A DNA stretch of 64,000 nt, taken from the IMG/VR virus record IMGVR_UViG_3300007512_000009, positions 62,211 to 126,210 of that record. The stretch is one strand, 5' to 3'. Position 1 is the stretch's first letter, and every line of letters begins with the position of its first letter. The DNA comes from a virus. The position numbers and the translations under genes are program-made. Below are positions 22,368-32,265 of the stretch, piece by piece. The notes below the pieces were generated by a model. The model was not told the origin of the DNA. It saw only the letters and a program-made list of their open reading frames with translations, and made no database searches.

Positions 22368-23958
22368 CAATAGTTTTTATGAGCGAAACAACTGGGTAAT
22401 TAATTCTCATATGAATTGTTATTACCAAGATTTAGCAAATATGACTCCTGACGAATTTAGAGAGTGGGTTATCAAAATGCGTAAAATTGTAAAAGAATCT
22501 TGGGATTTATATGGTTGTCCACCACGGATTGGTAAATCTAAAGAAGCAGTTATTGAGCAATTTAATAAAATGGCGGAATTTCCTGTTCATGAGTTTACCT
22601 ACACTGATGAGTTATCAGATATTGAAGATGATGTAATCATAAACAAATCACGTGTTGGTGGAGAAGCAGACCAGTGGTTTAGCAACATGATGAAGACTCG
22701 TATCAACTACACAGAGAAGGACAACGGTTATTCAATCTATGACCTATTTGCAGAAGACCGATTTTTAGAAAGAATGGTTAAAGCATCAATGCGGCATTTC
22801 CGCAGAGATTCTCTTTATGAACATGCAAAATCAGCACTATGCAACGATGACAAATATTCGGTAGTAAGTGTAAGCAACGGTGAAGAATGGATGGAAGCAT
22901 TTCATAACAACCCAAAAATCTTCAAGGGTTACGACTTCATGCTTGAACAAACCAAAATGAGGGAAGGTGTGAACAGTGGTTATTATCAAGTTCAGCAATC
23001 CGACATTTTGCACCTAACAAGAGAACAGGTTAAGGAATATAAAGAAAAGGGATGGTTAGAATACCGAAATCACTCAACGTTTGATATTGATGAAATGCCC
23101 GACAACATGGTATACAATATTCGTGTCTACAAAAAAGATAAAAAGATTTTTCCACGTGGATTTGCTTCCTTTAGGATTGGATATATTCAGGTGGCTGTTA
23201 ATTTCCCGTCGATGACTGCTAAATACTTATATGAGAGATTTACTGAAAAAATCAAAGACCAAGAAGTTATTAACATCTATGACCCTTCTGCTGGCTGGGG
23301 TGGTCGCATACTTGGTGCTATGGCTGTTAGGGATGACCGTAGGATTCATTATATTGGTACTGACCCCAATACTGACAATTTCAATAATGATGGTGATTAC
23401 AGCAAGTATGCTTCTCTCGCAGATTTTTACAATACCAAAACTTATCGTGGAAATCCTATATTTTCCGAAACGAATACTTACGATGTTTTCCAAGAATGCT
23501 CAGAAGACATCCACCTCAACCCAGACTTCAAAAAGTACAAAGGAAAACTCGACCTTATCTTTACTTCACCGCCTTATTTCAACAGAGAGGCGTATAGCGA
23601 AGACTTCACTCAGTCGTATAAAAAATTTGGGTCGTCGTATGAAGCGTGGCGACACGGATTCCTAGCACCTACACTGGAAACCTGTGTTGAATATTTAAGA
23701 CCTAACAGATATCTATTATGGAATGTTGCAGACTTACTGGTAGGTAAGAACAAATTTCTACCTCTTGAGAAAGACTCTAGGGACATATTAGAATCTCTAG
23801 GTATGGAATATCAATACACTCTTAAGATGGCAATGGAGTTAATGCCTGGGCAAAATCGTTTAGACGAGAATGGTGTACCTATGTGTAAAAATTATTGTAG
23901 AGTAAATGGTAAATATCTTAAATACGAACCAGTTTTTATCTTTAAAAAACCATCTTGA
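22360..23958 (+). CDS. Amino (N4-C or N6-A) DNA methyltransferase
   Basis: Motif I IYDPSAGWGG precedes motif IV FTSPPYF. Confidence 0.8.
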   Translation: MVDNSFYERNNWVINSHMNCYYQDLANMTPDEFREWVIKMRKIVKESWDLYGCPPRIGKSKEAVIEQFNKMAEFPVHEFTYTDELSDIEDDVIINKSRVGGEADQWFSNMMKTRINYTEKDNGYSIYDLFAEDRFLERMVKASMRHFRRDSLYEHAKSALCNDDKYSVVSVSNGEEWMEAFHNNPKIFKGYDFMLEQTKMREGVNSGYYQVQQSDILHLTREQVKEYKEKGWLEYRNHSTFDIDEMPDNMVYNIRVYKKDKKIFPRGFASFRIGYIQVAVNFPSMTAKYLYERFTEKIKDQEVINIYDPSAGWGGRILGAMAVRDDRRIHYIGTDPNTDNFNNDGDYSKYASLADFYNTKTYRGNPIFSETNTYDVFQECSEDIHLNPDFKKYKGKLDLIFTSPPYFNREAYSEDFTQSYKKFGSSYEAWRHGFLAPTLETCVEYLRPNRYLLWNVADLLVGKNKFLPLEKDSRDILESLGMEYQYTLKMAMELMPGQNRLDENGVPMCKNYCRVNGKYLKYEPVFIFKKPS

Positions 23959-23983
23959 CCGAGTTTAGCCTTTAGAATATAAT
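23955..23983 (+). promoter_or_regulatory. Sigma70-type promoter (GCC class, leaderless) for ORF 23990
   Basis: TTGACC-gagtttAGCCtttagaa-TATAAT, ATG 6 nt downstream. Confidence 0.8.
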
Positions 23984-23989
23984 ATAAGT

Positions 23990-25114
23990 ATGAGCAAACA
24001 AGTATCAACGATACAACAAGAGCCCAACAGGAATTGGATAAAAATAACTAAGGAAGACGCACCTTTTGAGGTCGTTTCGTGTTTATACTGGTACAGTGTT
24101 TATGCCACACCTAAGCAACTAAAAAAGTGGGTTTTGAACTACGTTAAAAACAACATAGACAAAAAATTGGTTAAAAACTATAGTAATGGTAACAGAAGCA
24201 ACTATGAAAAAGTGGGTTCTGCATGTAGAATTTTAGAAAAAGGTTGTCCTATTGAATTCGTTAAGGAAATTATAGATGAAGGTCTTAACGAAATAAAAAA
24301 GAACACAATCTCCTCTAGAAAACGGTCTGCAAAGGCAGCAAAGAATTCTCTTAACAAGGTTAAAATTAATCCTAAGACCAAATTCGATAATGAATTAGAT
24401 GGATATATGTTTAAAATTCATTCTGAGGTAGATAGGTTGATAAACTATCCTAAAATTAAAAAGTCAGAATGGTTTGATGCTGAGAGTTATTTTAAATCTA
24501 AGCACATAAAACCAGAGTTTGCTGTTGAAATTTTGAATCAGTTAAACCCAACTCTCAATGAATTGAAATTGGCCCTAGAGGGGGAAGATGAACAATTAGT
24601 TGAAGCATACAGTTACCTTAAGAGGAGACACCACACTAGACTAATAGAATTTGTTGGTGATGTAGTAGGGGTCGCTAAAAAATACTCCAATAAGAGAACC
24701 TTCACCAAAAAAGGCAAGAAAAAGAGAAAGAAATCCACAACACCAGACATGATGGTTAAAAAATTGCCTTATCTAGAAAAATATGATGAGTTAAATTTAA
24801 TCTCTGAAGACCCAAAAGATATTATAGGTGCTACAGCACTGTTTATATACAATGTGCAAAGTAGACTGATATACATGTATATAGCAGACAGTAAGGGGTT
24901 ATCAGTTAAGGGTGCTTCTATTATAGGATTCGATAAAAAGAAATCATTGATTAAGAAATTAAGGAATCCAAAGCATACTATGCACATGGTTAGCGGTAAT
25001 AAGGCTAAATTAACAAAAAAATTCGTGGTGCAACATATCAAAGATGTAAAGACCGTAGAAAAACCAGTTAGGGAAAAACTAAACAAAAACTGCATTATAG
25101 TTAGGATATTTTAA
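23990..25114 (+). CDS. Conserved hypothetical protein of aquatic T4-like phages
   Basis: 374-aa basic ORF with own promoter; C-terminal IIGATALFIYN..GLSVKGASIIGFD..KKLRNP. Confidence 0.6.
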   Translation: MSKQVSTIQQEPNRNWIKITKEDAPFEVVSCLYWYSVYATPKQLKKWVLNYVKNNIDKKLVKNYSNGNRSNYEKVGSACRILEKGCPIEFVKEIIDEGLNEIKKNTISSRKRSAKAAKNSLNKVKINPKTKFDNELDGYMFKIHSEVDRLINYPKIKKSEWFDAESYFKSKHIKPEFAVEILNQLNPTLNELKLALEGEDEQLVEAYSYLKRRHHTRLIEFVGDVVGVAKKYSNKRTFTKKGKKKRKKSTTPDMMVKKLPYLEKYDELNLISEDPKDIIGATALFIYNVQSRLIYMYIADSKGLSVKGASIIGFDKKKSLIKKLRNPKHTMHMVSGNKAKLTKKFVVQHIKDVKTVEKPVREKLNKNCIIVRIF

Positions 25115-25116
25115 GG

Positions 25117-26007
25117 GTGATACTTTTAGACACAAACCAAATAATGATTTCAAACCTTTTTGCAACAAAAGGTCAAAAGTTTGATAGTGGGTTACTTACA
25201 CTAAATGATATAAGACATGCTGTTCTAAAGGGTATACTTTATTATGAGGGTAGATTTAAAAACAGGTTTGGGGATATAGTATTATGTTACGATTCTGGAA
25301 ACTATTGGAGAACAAAACAGTTTCCCCACTATAAAGCAAATAGAAAAAAGAAACAGAAATCCGATTGTATAGACTGGCACAAAATTTATGATTTGTTTAG
25401 TACCGTAAGAGAAGAGATAAAAGATAGTTTCCCTTACGTAACCATGCATGTTGAAACTGTAGAGGCAGATGACATTATTTCTGTTTTAGTAGAAGAATAC
25501 AATAATAAAAGTTTTGTCGTAAGACAAGATGAAACTCTTATTGTATCTGCAGACAAGGATTTCCAACAACTTCAACGATACGAGGGTGTTTTTCAGTATA
25601 GTCCAAACGCAAAAGATTTTATAAAATGCGATGACCCTGTAGGATTTTTAATCGAACACATTATTAGAGGTGATTCATCAGATGGTATACCTAATGTCTT
25701 ATCTGATGATGATGCGTTGATAAACTCGGACAAAAAACAAACCATTATGTCCGCTAAAAGGTTTAATGCTGTTATGGAAGAGGTAAAAACAAGAAAAATA
25801 GTAAGTTCGGATTCCAAGTTCAGAAGAAACTGGTTCAGAAACAAAAATCTAATAGATTTGGGTTGCATACCAAAAGATAGCAAAAAAATGATTACTAAAG
25901 AATATTATAAAGAAATCTCCTCTAGGCATATGAAAAAAACCAATCCAACATCAATGGAATATCTGATATCGAATAGATTGGGTAATTTAACTGAGTTTTT
26001 GAATTAG
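25117..26007 (+). CDS. rnh: T4-type RNase H / 5'-3' exonuclease
   Basis: MILLDTNQI, YWRTKQFPHYKANRK, EADD, SADKDF, GDSSDGIPN. Confidence 0.93.
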   Translation: MILLDTNQIMISNLFATKGQKFDSGLLTLNDIRHAVLKGILYYEGRFKNRFGDIVLCYDSGNYWRTKQFPHYKANRKKKQKSDCIDWHKIYDLFSTVREEIKDSFPYVTMHVETVEADDIISVLVEEYNNKSFVVRQDETLIVSADKDFQQLQRYEGVFQYSPNAKDFIKCDDPVGFLIEHIIRGDSSDGIPNVLSDDDALINSDKKQTIMSAKRFNAVMEEVKTRKIVSSDSKFRRNWFRNKNLIDLGCIPKDSKKMITKEYYKEISSRHMKKTNPTSMEYLISNRLGNLTEFLN

Positions 26008-26019
26008 GTAACGGTAGGA

Positions 26020-26193
26020 ATGTCCGATAAAAAGAAAAAAGAAAAGACACCACAACAAAAAAAATTGTTTTTTAACGGCAAAAATAAGAAAAAACAAAGA
26101 AAACGTAAGAGTAGACACGGTGCCAATCAGTTTACTAAAGAACATGGTAATGATATTGAATTCACTGACAATTTTGAAAAGTTTGGTAGTTGA
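26020..26193 (+). CDS. Small basic hypothetical protein (57 aa)
   Basis: Own translation: MSDKKKKEKTPQQKKLFF...FEKFGS; fills the rnh-gp45 gap; TAGGA RBS. Confidence 0.55.
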   Translation: MSDKKKKEKTPQQKKLFFNGKNKKKQRKRKSRHGANQFTKEHGNDIEFTDNFEKFGS

Positions 26194-26218
26194 CCAGTAT
26201 CCGCCATCATGGTATAAT
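26190..26218 (+). promoter_or_regulatory. Sigma70-type promoter (GCC class) for gp45
   Basis: TTGACC-agtatcCGCCatcaTGg-TATAAT. Confidence 0.82.
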
Positions 26219-26241
26219 ATATTCAACATGGAGCAACAAAA

Positions 26242-26931
26242 ATGACCACAGCAACAAAAATGAAAATATCAAAAGAAACGATAGGGCTATTGAAGAATTT
26301 TGCATCTATTAATTCTAACATACTTGTTAAGACTGGTAGCAAAATCAAAACTATATCAAATTACAAGAATGTCTTAGCGGAGGCAACCGTAGAAGAGTCT
26401 TTTGATATCGAATTCGGAATCTGGGATTTAAATAAATTCTTAGGTACTGTGTCGCTATTCGAATCACCAACTTTTGAATTTAATCAAAAAAACGTAGTTA
26501 TAGAGGGGAAAAATGGTGCTACAGTCGTGTATTACTATTCAGAACCGAAATTGTTAACAACAGTCAATAAAGAACTGAAGATACCTGAAGCGGTTGTTCA
26601 CTGTGAAATCAAGGAAGAAGATTTTAAAGAGATTCAACGGGCGGCAGGTGTACTTCAACTACCAGACCTTAAAATTTCCTCTGAAGGTGATAAAATTAAC
26701 TTGACTGTTCATGATAGGAAAGACCCTTCATCAAATAGTTGGACATTCGAAGTCGGTGATAACATCGAAGATGCAGATTTTTCATTCTTGTTCAAGGTTG
26801 AAAATATGAAGATGTTATCTGGTGATTATAATGTAGAAATTTGCAAAAACAGTGTAGCGAAATTTAGTAACAAAGCGATTGACTTAAGTTATTGGGTTGC
26901 TATGGAGCCGGATTCAACATACAATGCGTAA
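26242..26931 (+). CDS. gp45: Sliding clamp gp45
   Basis: LKNFASINSNI, FGIWDLNKFL, FKVENMKMLSGDY, YWVAMEPDS. Confidence 0.95.
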   Translation: MTTATKMKISKETIGLLKNFASINSNILVKTGSKIKTISNYKNVLAEATVEESFDIEFGIWDLNKFLGTVSLFESPTFEFNQKNVVIEGKNGATVVYYYSEPKLLTTVNKELKIPEAVVHCEIKEEDFKEIQRAAGVLQLPDLKISSEGDKINLTVHDRKDPSSNSWTFEVGDNIEDADFSFLFKVENMKMLSGDYNVEICKNSVAKFSNKAIDLSYWVAMEPDSTYNA

Positions 26932-27394
26932 TAAAACAATATATATAGCAGGCCCTATGAGGGGAAAACCAAATTGGAATTATGAAGCGTTTGACAGGAC
27001 AGAAAAAATGCTTTCTAAAATGGGTTGGAATGTGGTTAATCCTGCCACACTAGACGAAAATTCTAAAGAAACTCAAGGGTTGCATTGCGAACCAGACGAG
27101 TTTGACCCAGATAGTAATACCCGCCACAGAGATGTAAATAGAAAGATTATGAAGCGTGATTTGGATGCAATATGCGATAATTGTGATGCCATCTATATGT
27201 TAGAAGGGTGGCAAATGAGTCAAGGTGCTTGTGCAGAATTTTACTTATCTTGTTCTATTGGTCTAACGATTCTCTATGAAAACACTATTGACAAAACCAT
27301 TTCTGCTGATTTTGAGTATGATGATGGGGTTAAATCTCACACTAACCCTAAGTTACCAACAAAAGAGTGGGATAGGTTCACTAGTCCAAAATGA
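26924..27394 (+). CDS. DUF4406-like (nucleoside deoxyribosyltransferase-like fold) protein
   Basis: IYIAGPMRG..NYEAF..NPA..CDAIYMLEGWQMSQGACAE. Confidence 0.75.
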   Translation: MRNKTIYIAGPMRGKPNWNYEAFDRTEKMLSKMGWNVVNPATLDENSKETQGLHCEPDEFDPDSNTRHRDVNRKIMKRDLDAICDNCDAIYMLEGWQMSQGACAEFYLSCSIGLTILYENTIDKTISADFEYDDGVKSHTNPKLPTKEWDRFTSPK

Positions 27395-28347
27395 CGATAA
27401 CAATGACAGAAAACAAATCTTACTTATGGGTTGAAAAATATCGACCCTCTACTATTGATGAATGCATTCTTCCTGAACGATTGAAGAAGACATTCAAAGA
27501 TATGATAAAATCTGGTGAATCCCAAAACCTCCTCTTATCAGGAAGTGCAGGTTGCGGCAAGACTACTGTTGCAAAGGCTCTATGTAGTGAACTTGAAACA
27601 GACTGGATGGTGATTAACTGCTCTGAAGACGGCAACATCGACACTCTGAGAACAAGAATCCGTAGTTTTGCTAGTACTGTGTCCTTGACAGGGTCCAAAA
27701 AAGTTGTAATTTTGGACGAATTTGATTATGCTAATGCACAGTCTATGCAACCTGCACTTCGTGGATTCATTGAGGAATTTGCTAATAACTGCAGATTTAT
27801 CCTCACCTGTAATTTTAAAAACAGAATTATTGAACCTATCCACTCACGGTGCACCTGTATTCATTTCCAATTCGGTAAGAAGGATATGAGTACAATGTCT
27901 GCACAGTTTATGGAGAGAGTAAAGTACATATTGAATGATGAAAATGTTCCCTATGAAGATAAAGTTATAGCAAAATTGATTGTTCGCTATATGCCTGACT
28001 TTAGAAGGATAATTAATGAATTGCAACGGTATTCTATTGCAGGTACAATTGATGTCGGTATTCTTGCTGACATTGAAAACATTAAAATTAACGACTTAAT
28101 GACATCAATGAAAAGTAAAAATTTTCAAGAAGTTAGAAAATGGGTAGTTGATAACTTAGACAATGACCAAGTACAAATTTTTAAAAAGATTTATGATAAT
28201 TTATCGGATTGCCTTGAACCACAAAGTATCCCGGCCGCAATTCTCATTATTGCAGAGTATCAATATAAGGCGGCCTTCGTAGCAGACCAAGAAATAAACA
28301 TGACTGCGTGTTGCACAGAGTTAATGATGGAGTGTACCTTTAAATGA
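27391..28347 (+). CDS. gp44: Clamp loader large subunit gp44
   Basis: LWVEKYRP, GSAGCGKTT, ILDEFDY, NCRFILTCN. Confidence 0.96.
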   Translation: MTITMTENKSYLWVEKYRPSTIDECILPERLKKTFKDMIKSGESQNLLLSGSAGCGKTTVAKALCSELETDWMVINCSEDGNIDTLRTRIRSFASTVSLTGSKKVVILDEFDYANAQSMQPALRGFIEEFANNCRFILTCNFKNRIIEPIHSRCTCIHFQFGKKDMSTMSAQFMERVKYILNDENVPYEDKVIAKLIVRYMPDFRRIINELQRYSIAGTIDVGILADIENIKINDLMTSMKSKNFQEVRKWVVDNLDNDQVQIFKKIYDNLSDCLEPQSIPAAILIIAEYQYKAAFVADQEINMTACCTELMMECTFK

Positions 28348-28607
28348 TTAGACCAATTAATGACAATTTAACAATTATAAGTGAAACAGAAAAAGAAAAA
28401 ACCACTGAATCTGGTATTATTGTAACAGGCAGTGCTGTGGACGATAAGTCTAAACCCAAAGTAGTTATTGTAGCAGGAGTTGGTCCTGATGTAAAGTCTG
28501 AAATTAAAATCGGTGATACGGTTTTATGGGGTAGACAAGGACTCGGTTCTTATGGTAACGTAGTTATTATACCTGAATCCTCTGTGCTGGCAATCATAAC
28601 TACATGA
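28344..28607 (+). CDS. groES: GroES-like co-chaperonin
   Basis: IRPINDN, mobile loop KTTESGIIV, VAGVGPDV, IKIGDTVL, ESSVLAI. Confidence 0.85.
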   Translation: MIRPINDNLTIISETEKEKTTESGIIVTGSAVDDKSKPKVVIVAGVGPDVKSEIKIGDTVLWGRQGLGSYGNVVIIPESSVLAIITT

Positions 28608-28990
28608 AATTAAGCGATTATTTAAACGCCATTAATCATACCAAAGTTCCTATGAACAAACTGGATGATGACTACGAGTTTGTACTCAAAAGATATGCCC
28701 CTTTTATTATTAATAAAGGGGTTTCTTATTTTCCAGATTCAATAATTCAATCCAATAATATGAATTTCTTTTGTGGTATAGACAAGAGGATGCACTTTGA
28801 CTATCTACAGCACTCCATCAGGAAGAGAAAAAGATTCAGTAAATGGATGAAGAAAACGGCTCCTGCTGATTTGCAGGCTGTTAAAGACTATTTTGGATAT
28901 TCAAATTCAAAGTCTTATGAAGCACTTGACATACTTAGCAAAGAGCAAATAAATAATATTAAAGAGGAATTGAACACGGGCGGTTTTTAA
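28604..28990 (+). CDS. gp62: Clamp loader small subunit gp62
   Basis: DYLNAIN, YAPFIINKG, SIRKRKRFSKW, KDYFGYS. Confidence 0.92.
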   Translation: MKLSDYLNAINHTKVPMNKLDDDYEFVLKRYAPFIINKGVSYFPDSIIQSNNMNFFCGIDKRMHFDYLQHSIRKRKRFSKWMKKTAPADLQAVKDYFGYSNSKSYEALDILSKEQINNIKEELNTGGF

Positions 28991-29002
28991 TAATATCTCC
29001 AT

Positions 29003-29010
29003 TATACATA
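29003..29010 (+). promoter_or_regulatory. Late promoter variant TATACATA upstream of regA and the glycosylation island
   Basis: Intergenic TATACATA. Confidence 0.6.
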
Positions 29011-29046
29011 AAGGTGTAAATAAGCCGTATATAATGGAGTTTAATA

Positions 29047-29454
29047 ATGGAAGATACAAAAGTCACAGTCGATGACTTAATTGAAATAACATTGGCAACC
29101 GACGAAGATTTTCTTAAGGTTAAAGAAACATTAACAAGGATTGGTGTTTCTTCAAGGAAAGAAAATAAACTTTACCAATCATGTCACATTCTTCATAAAA
29201 GAGGAAAATATTACATTGTTCATTTTAAAGAATTGTTTGGGTTGGATGGTTTACCGAGTGACATGTCTGACAACGATATCGCAAGAAGAAATACTATTGT
29301 AAATCTTTTAGAAGAATGGGAACTGGTTAATATAGTACATAAAGATAAGACCAAAGAACCTATTGCATCAGTAGGTCAGATAAAAATCATTTCCCATAGG
29401 GATAAATCAGACTGGGAACTAATACCTAAATACCATATAGGTACTAAAAAATAA
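29047..29454 (+). CDS. regA: Translational repressor RegA
   Basis: DFLKVKETLTRIGV, LYQSCHILHKRGKYYIVHFKELF. Confidence 0.97.
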   Translation: MEDTKVTVDDLIEITLATDEDFLKVKETLTRIGVSSRKENKLYQSCHILHKRGKYYIVHFKELFGLDGLPSDMSDNDIARRNTIVNLLEEWELVNIVHKDKTKEPIASVGQIKIISHRDKSDWELIPKYHIGTKK

Positions 29455-29470
29455 AAAAAAGGCTTTTGTT

Positions 29471-30127
29471 ATGAAAATTGATATTCGTGATGTAAGATGT
29501 TGTTGGATTAATCTAGATAAAGACAAAAACAACGCTGATGCGATGGTTAAGCAGTTCGAGGATATCGGAATTGAAAACCATGAAAGGTTATCTGCTAGAG
29601 TCATAGAACCACATGAAGGTGCTGACGTAACAATAAAACACTACAGAGGATGTGCACAGTCCCACATTGATATTTTAGATAATGAAGATAATGAATTACC
29701 TCTTTTAATTCTAGAAGATGATGCTAAGATTACAGAGGATTTCAACCCAATATTAGAAATTCCAGATAATACAGATGCTGTTTATCTAGGAACATCCCAT
29801 GGTGATGGACGTTATCTATCGGTAGATATTGGTGGTGGGTTTGCTAGGATTGGAAAAGTCTTTGCAACTCATGCTATTTTGTACCTAACGGATAGTTACA
29901 GAAAGGCTGTGTCTGAAACAGCAAAAGACATAGTATATAACCACAATACTCCTTTTGATTTGGGTTGTGCCGTTTTACAAACAAAAAATTTTGTTGTAAC
30001 ACCGCATAAACCTTACTTTTATCAAGCAGATGAAAGGGATAGTGCAAATAAATGGGAAAATCTAACAAAAACTCCCCTTACAATTTTTAATCAACTAGGA
30101 CAACGTATTGAAGACCCACTATTATAA
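29471..30127 (+). CDS. Glycosyltransferase, GT25-like
   Basis: CWINLD, GCAQSH, LILEDDA, HAILY motifs. Confidence 0.7.
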   Translation: MKIDIRDVRCCWINLDKDKNNADAMVKQFEDIGIENHERLSARVIEPHEGADVTIKHYRGCAQSHIDILDNEDNELPLLILEDDAKITEDFNPILEIPDNTDAVYLGTSHGDGRYLSVDIGGGFARIGKVFATHAILYLTDSYRKAVSETAKDIVYNHNTPFDLGCAVLQTKNFVVTPHKPYFYQADERDSANKWENLTKTPLTIFNQLGQRIEDPLL

Positions 30128-30130
30128 ATT

Positions 30131-31405
30131 ATGACATATACTAACCCCAAAAATTTATTAAAATTCAACAGGTTTGATGTTGCAGCCAAGCATTTAATGT
30201 TAAAGCATGCACAAAGAGGTTATCAGACCACTTTTGGTCTGAATGTTTATTCAGAACACATTAAAGTGTGGAATGGTTTTAAAGAATATGACAACCCAAA
30301 AAAGAATAGCCTAGAATCTTATATTAAAGAATTTTTTAAAATCAATGACTCTATAAGAAAAAACGGTTATAATCCTAAATTACCCCCAGTACCAATTAAT
30401 AAAGATGGTTATCTCTTAAACGGTGCACATAGATTAGCAAGTTGTATTCTTAATAATAAAAATATAAATTTTGAAGAAACCGATGACCCTAAAGCAGGAC
30501 AGGAAGACTGTACATCTTATTTTTTTAGAAATCTTGGTTTGGATAATAAAATTTGCGATTCAATCGCTTTAGAATATGCTAAACTGAAAGAAAACTCATT
30601 TATTGTAACTTTATTCCCTGCTGCCACGGTTAAGGACAACATTGGTGATATTAGAAGAATAATAATGGAAAACGGAGATGTTGTTTATGAAAAAGGTGCA
30701 ATACTTTGTAATCAAGGGCCTCTAAACTTAATTAGACAAATATATGACGGTGAATCTTGGGGTGGTGATTTTAACAATGGTTTTAGTGGATTCCGTCTTA
30801 AGGAAAATTATTGTTTTTCCCCATCACCCAAAAGTCCAGTTTATGCTTTCCTAGCGGAGTTCGACTCAGTGGAAAAAGCACATGAGGTGAAAAGACTAAT
30901 CAGAGATGTCTATGATATTAGCAATCACTCTGTTCACATTAACGACACTCACGAAGAAACGCTAAGACTAGCAAAGGTTTTCTTTAACAACAATAGCCTC
31001 CACTATCTAAACAATGCGGTTATTCAAAATTATTCTAAATATAACCATCTTATAGGGGAGTTGAAAGATTGGATGGCTAAAAATAAATATGATAGTGATG
31101 ATGTTTGTGTAACTGCTAGTTCGGTTATGTCAGCGTTCGGTATGAGAGAGGGACAAGACCTAGACTATCTTTATGGTGGTAATGTTAAACCAATACAAGG
31201 TAATCCTCTAATACACGAACATAACAAAGAGATTGATAACTATACCGTTGGTAAAGATGAAATCATGTATAATGATAACAACCATTTTTATTTTAATGGT
31301 GTTAAGTTTGCAAGCATAGGTGTTATTCACGAATTAAAGAACAAGCGTTCAGAACCCAAAGATATTAGAGATATCGAATTAATGGAAGGTATGTTAAAAG
31401 TATGA
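30131..31405 (+). CDS. ParB/Srx-like N-terminal domain fused to a nucleotidyltransferase-like C-terminal domain
   Basis: PVPI..YLLNGAHRLA (ParB-like); ASSVMSAFGMREGQDLDYL (DxD NTase-like). Confidence 0.5.
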   Translation: MTYTNPKNLLKFNRFDVAAKHLMLKHAQRGYQTTFGLNVYSEHIKVWNGFKEYDNPKKNSLESYIKEFFKINDSIRKNGYNPKLPPVPINKDGYLLNGAHRLASCILNNKNINFEETDDPKAGQEDCTSYFFRNLGLDNKICDSIALEYAKLKENSFIVTLFPAATVKDNIGDIRRIIMENGDVVYEKGAILCNQGPLNLIRQIYDGESWGGDFNNGFSGFRLKENYCFSPSPKSPVYAFLAEFDSVEKAHEVKRLIRDVYDISNHSVHINDTHEETLRLAKVFFNNNSLHYLNNAVIQNYSKYNHLIGELKDWMAKNKYDSDDVCVTASSVMSAFGMREGQDLDYLYGGNVKPIQGNPLIHEHNKEIDNYTVGKDEIMYNDNNHFYFNGVKFASIGVIHELKNKRSEPKDIRDIELMEGMLKV

Positions 31406-32265
31406 AAATAGCAATTTGTTTACATGGACTGGCATCAGGATTTAATGATAAAGGTGTACCAGTTTCTTTTGAAGAAGGTATTGAAAGTTTAAAGCAGAAC
31501 GTATTTGGTGACCATGATGTGGATATATTTTTTCACACTTGGAGCGAGGATTCAGAAAAAGATTTAATAGAAAAATATAATCCAAAAAGACATCTAGTTG
31601 AAAAACAAATTATATTTGAACATCCATATGATGTAAGTTCTAGCCAGTATAGTTTTACACCTGATATTCAAACCAAACTTCAAAGCACATACAGTAGATG
31701 GTATTCCTTAGATAAGTGCATCAGTTTAAAGAAAGAAGAAGAAGATGCTAATGATTTCAAATACGACTTTGTATTAGCATTAAGATTTGATATGGTTTTC
31801 TACGATTCTTTCATCAAATTTGAAAATCTAAACCCCAATGTATTCTACGTATCTAACTGGTGGCACAATAGGTTTAACTTTGGTTATAATGACCCTTGGT
31901 TTATCACTGGTTCAGAAAACGCAGATAAAGTTGGTAACCTATATGATAATATCAATAGTTATCTAGCAGAAGATAGTGATTATGAAAAATACTTAATGTC
32001 CCTGAGGGAGATTTCTCCGAGAGAAGCACCCGAACGTGATAGCAAAATTTCAAACCACGGTCTTCTCAGATGGCATGTTAAGACTGATGAAATTGAATCG
32101 GGGTTTATAGGTCTTGAATATAATTCTTGGTCTTTGATTAGAAAAATACCTCATGGTAGAATAAATCCATACTTTCCTAGAGGATTCCCATTTCCATTAG
32201 ACCAACCTTTACCAGAAGATAGAGCGTGTACCCTAGCAGAAGGGCCTAGAGGTGCTGGCTGGTGA
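31402..32265 (+). CDS. Putative glycosyltransferase-like protein (MKIAICL family)
   Basis: MKIAICLHG, DIFFHTW, YDFVLALRFD; island context. Confidence 0.55.
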   Translation: MKIAICLHGLASGFNDKGVPVSFEEGIESLKQNVFGDHDVDIFFHTWSEDSEKDLIEKYNPKRHLVEKQIIFEHPYDVSSSQYSFTPDIQTKLQSTYSRWYSLDKCISLKKEEEDANDFKYDFVLALRFDMVFYDSFIKFENLNPNVFYVSNWWHNRFNFGYNDPWFITGSENADKVGNLYDNINSYLAEDSDYEKYLMSLREISPREAPERDSKISNHGLLRWHVKTDEIESGFIGLEYNSWSLIRKIPHGRINPYFPRGFPFPLDQPLPEDRACTLAEGPRGAGW

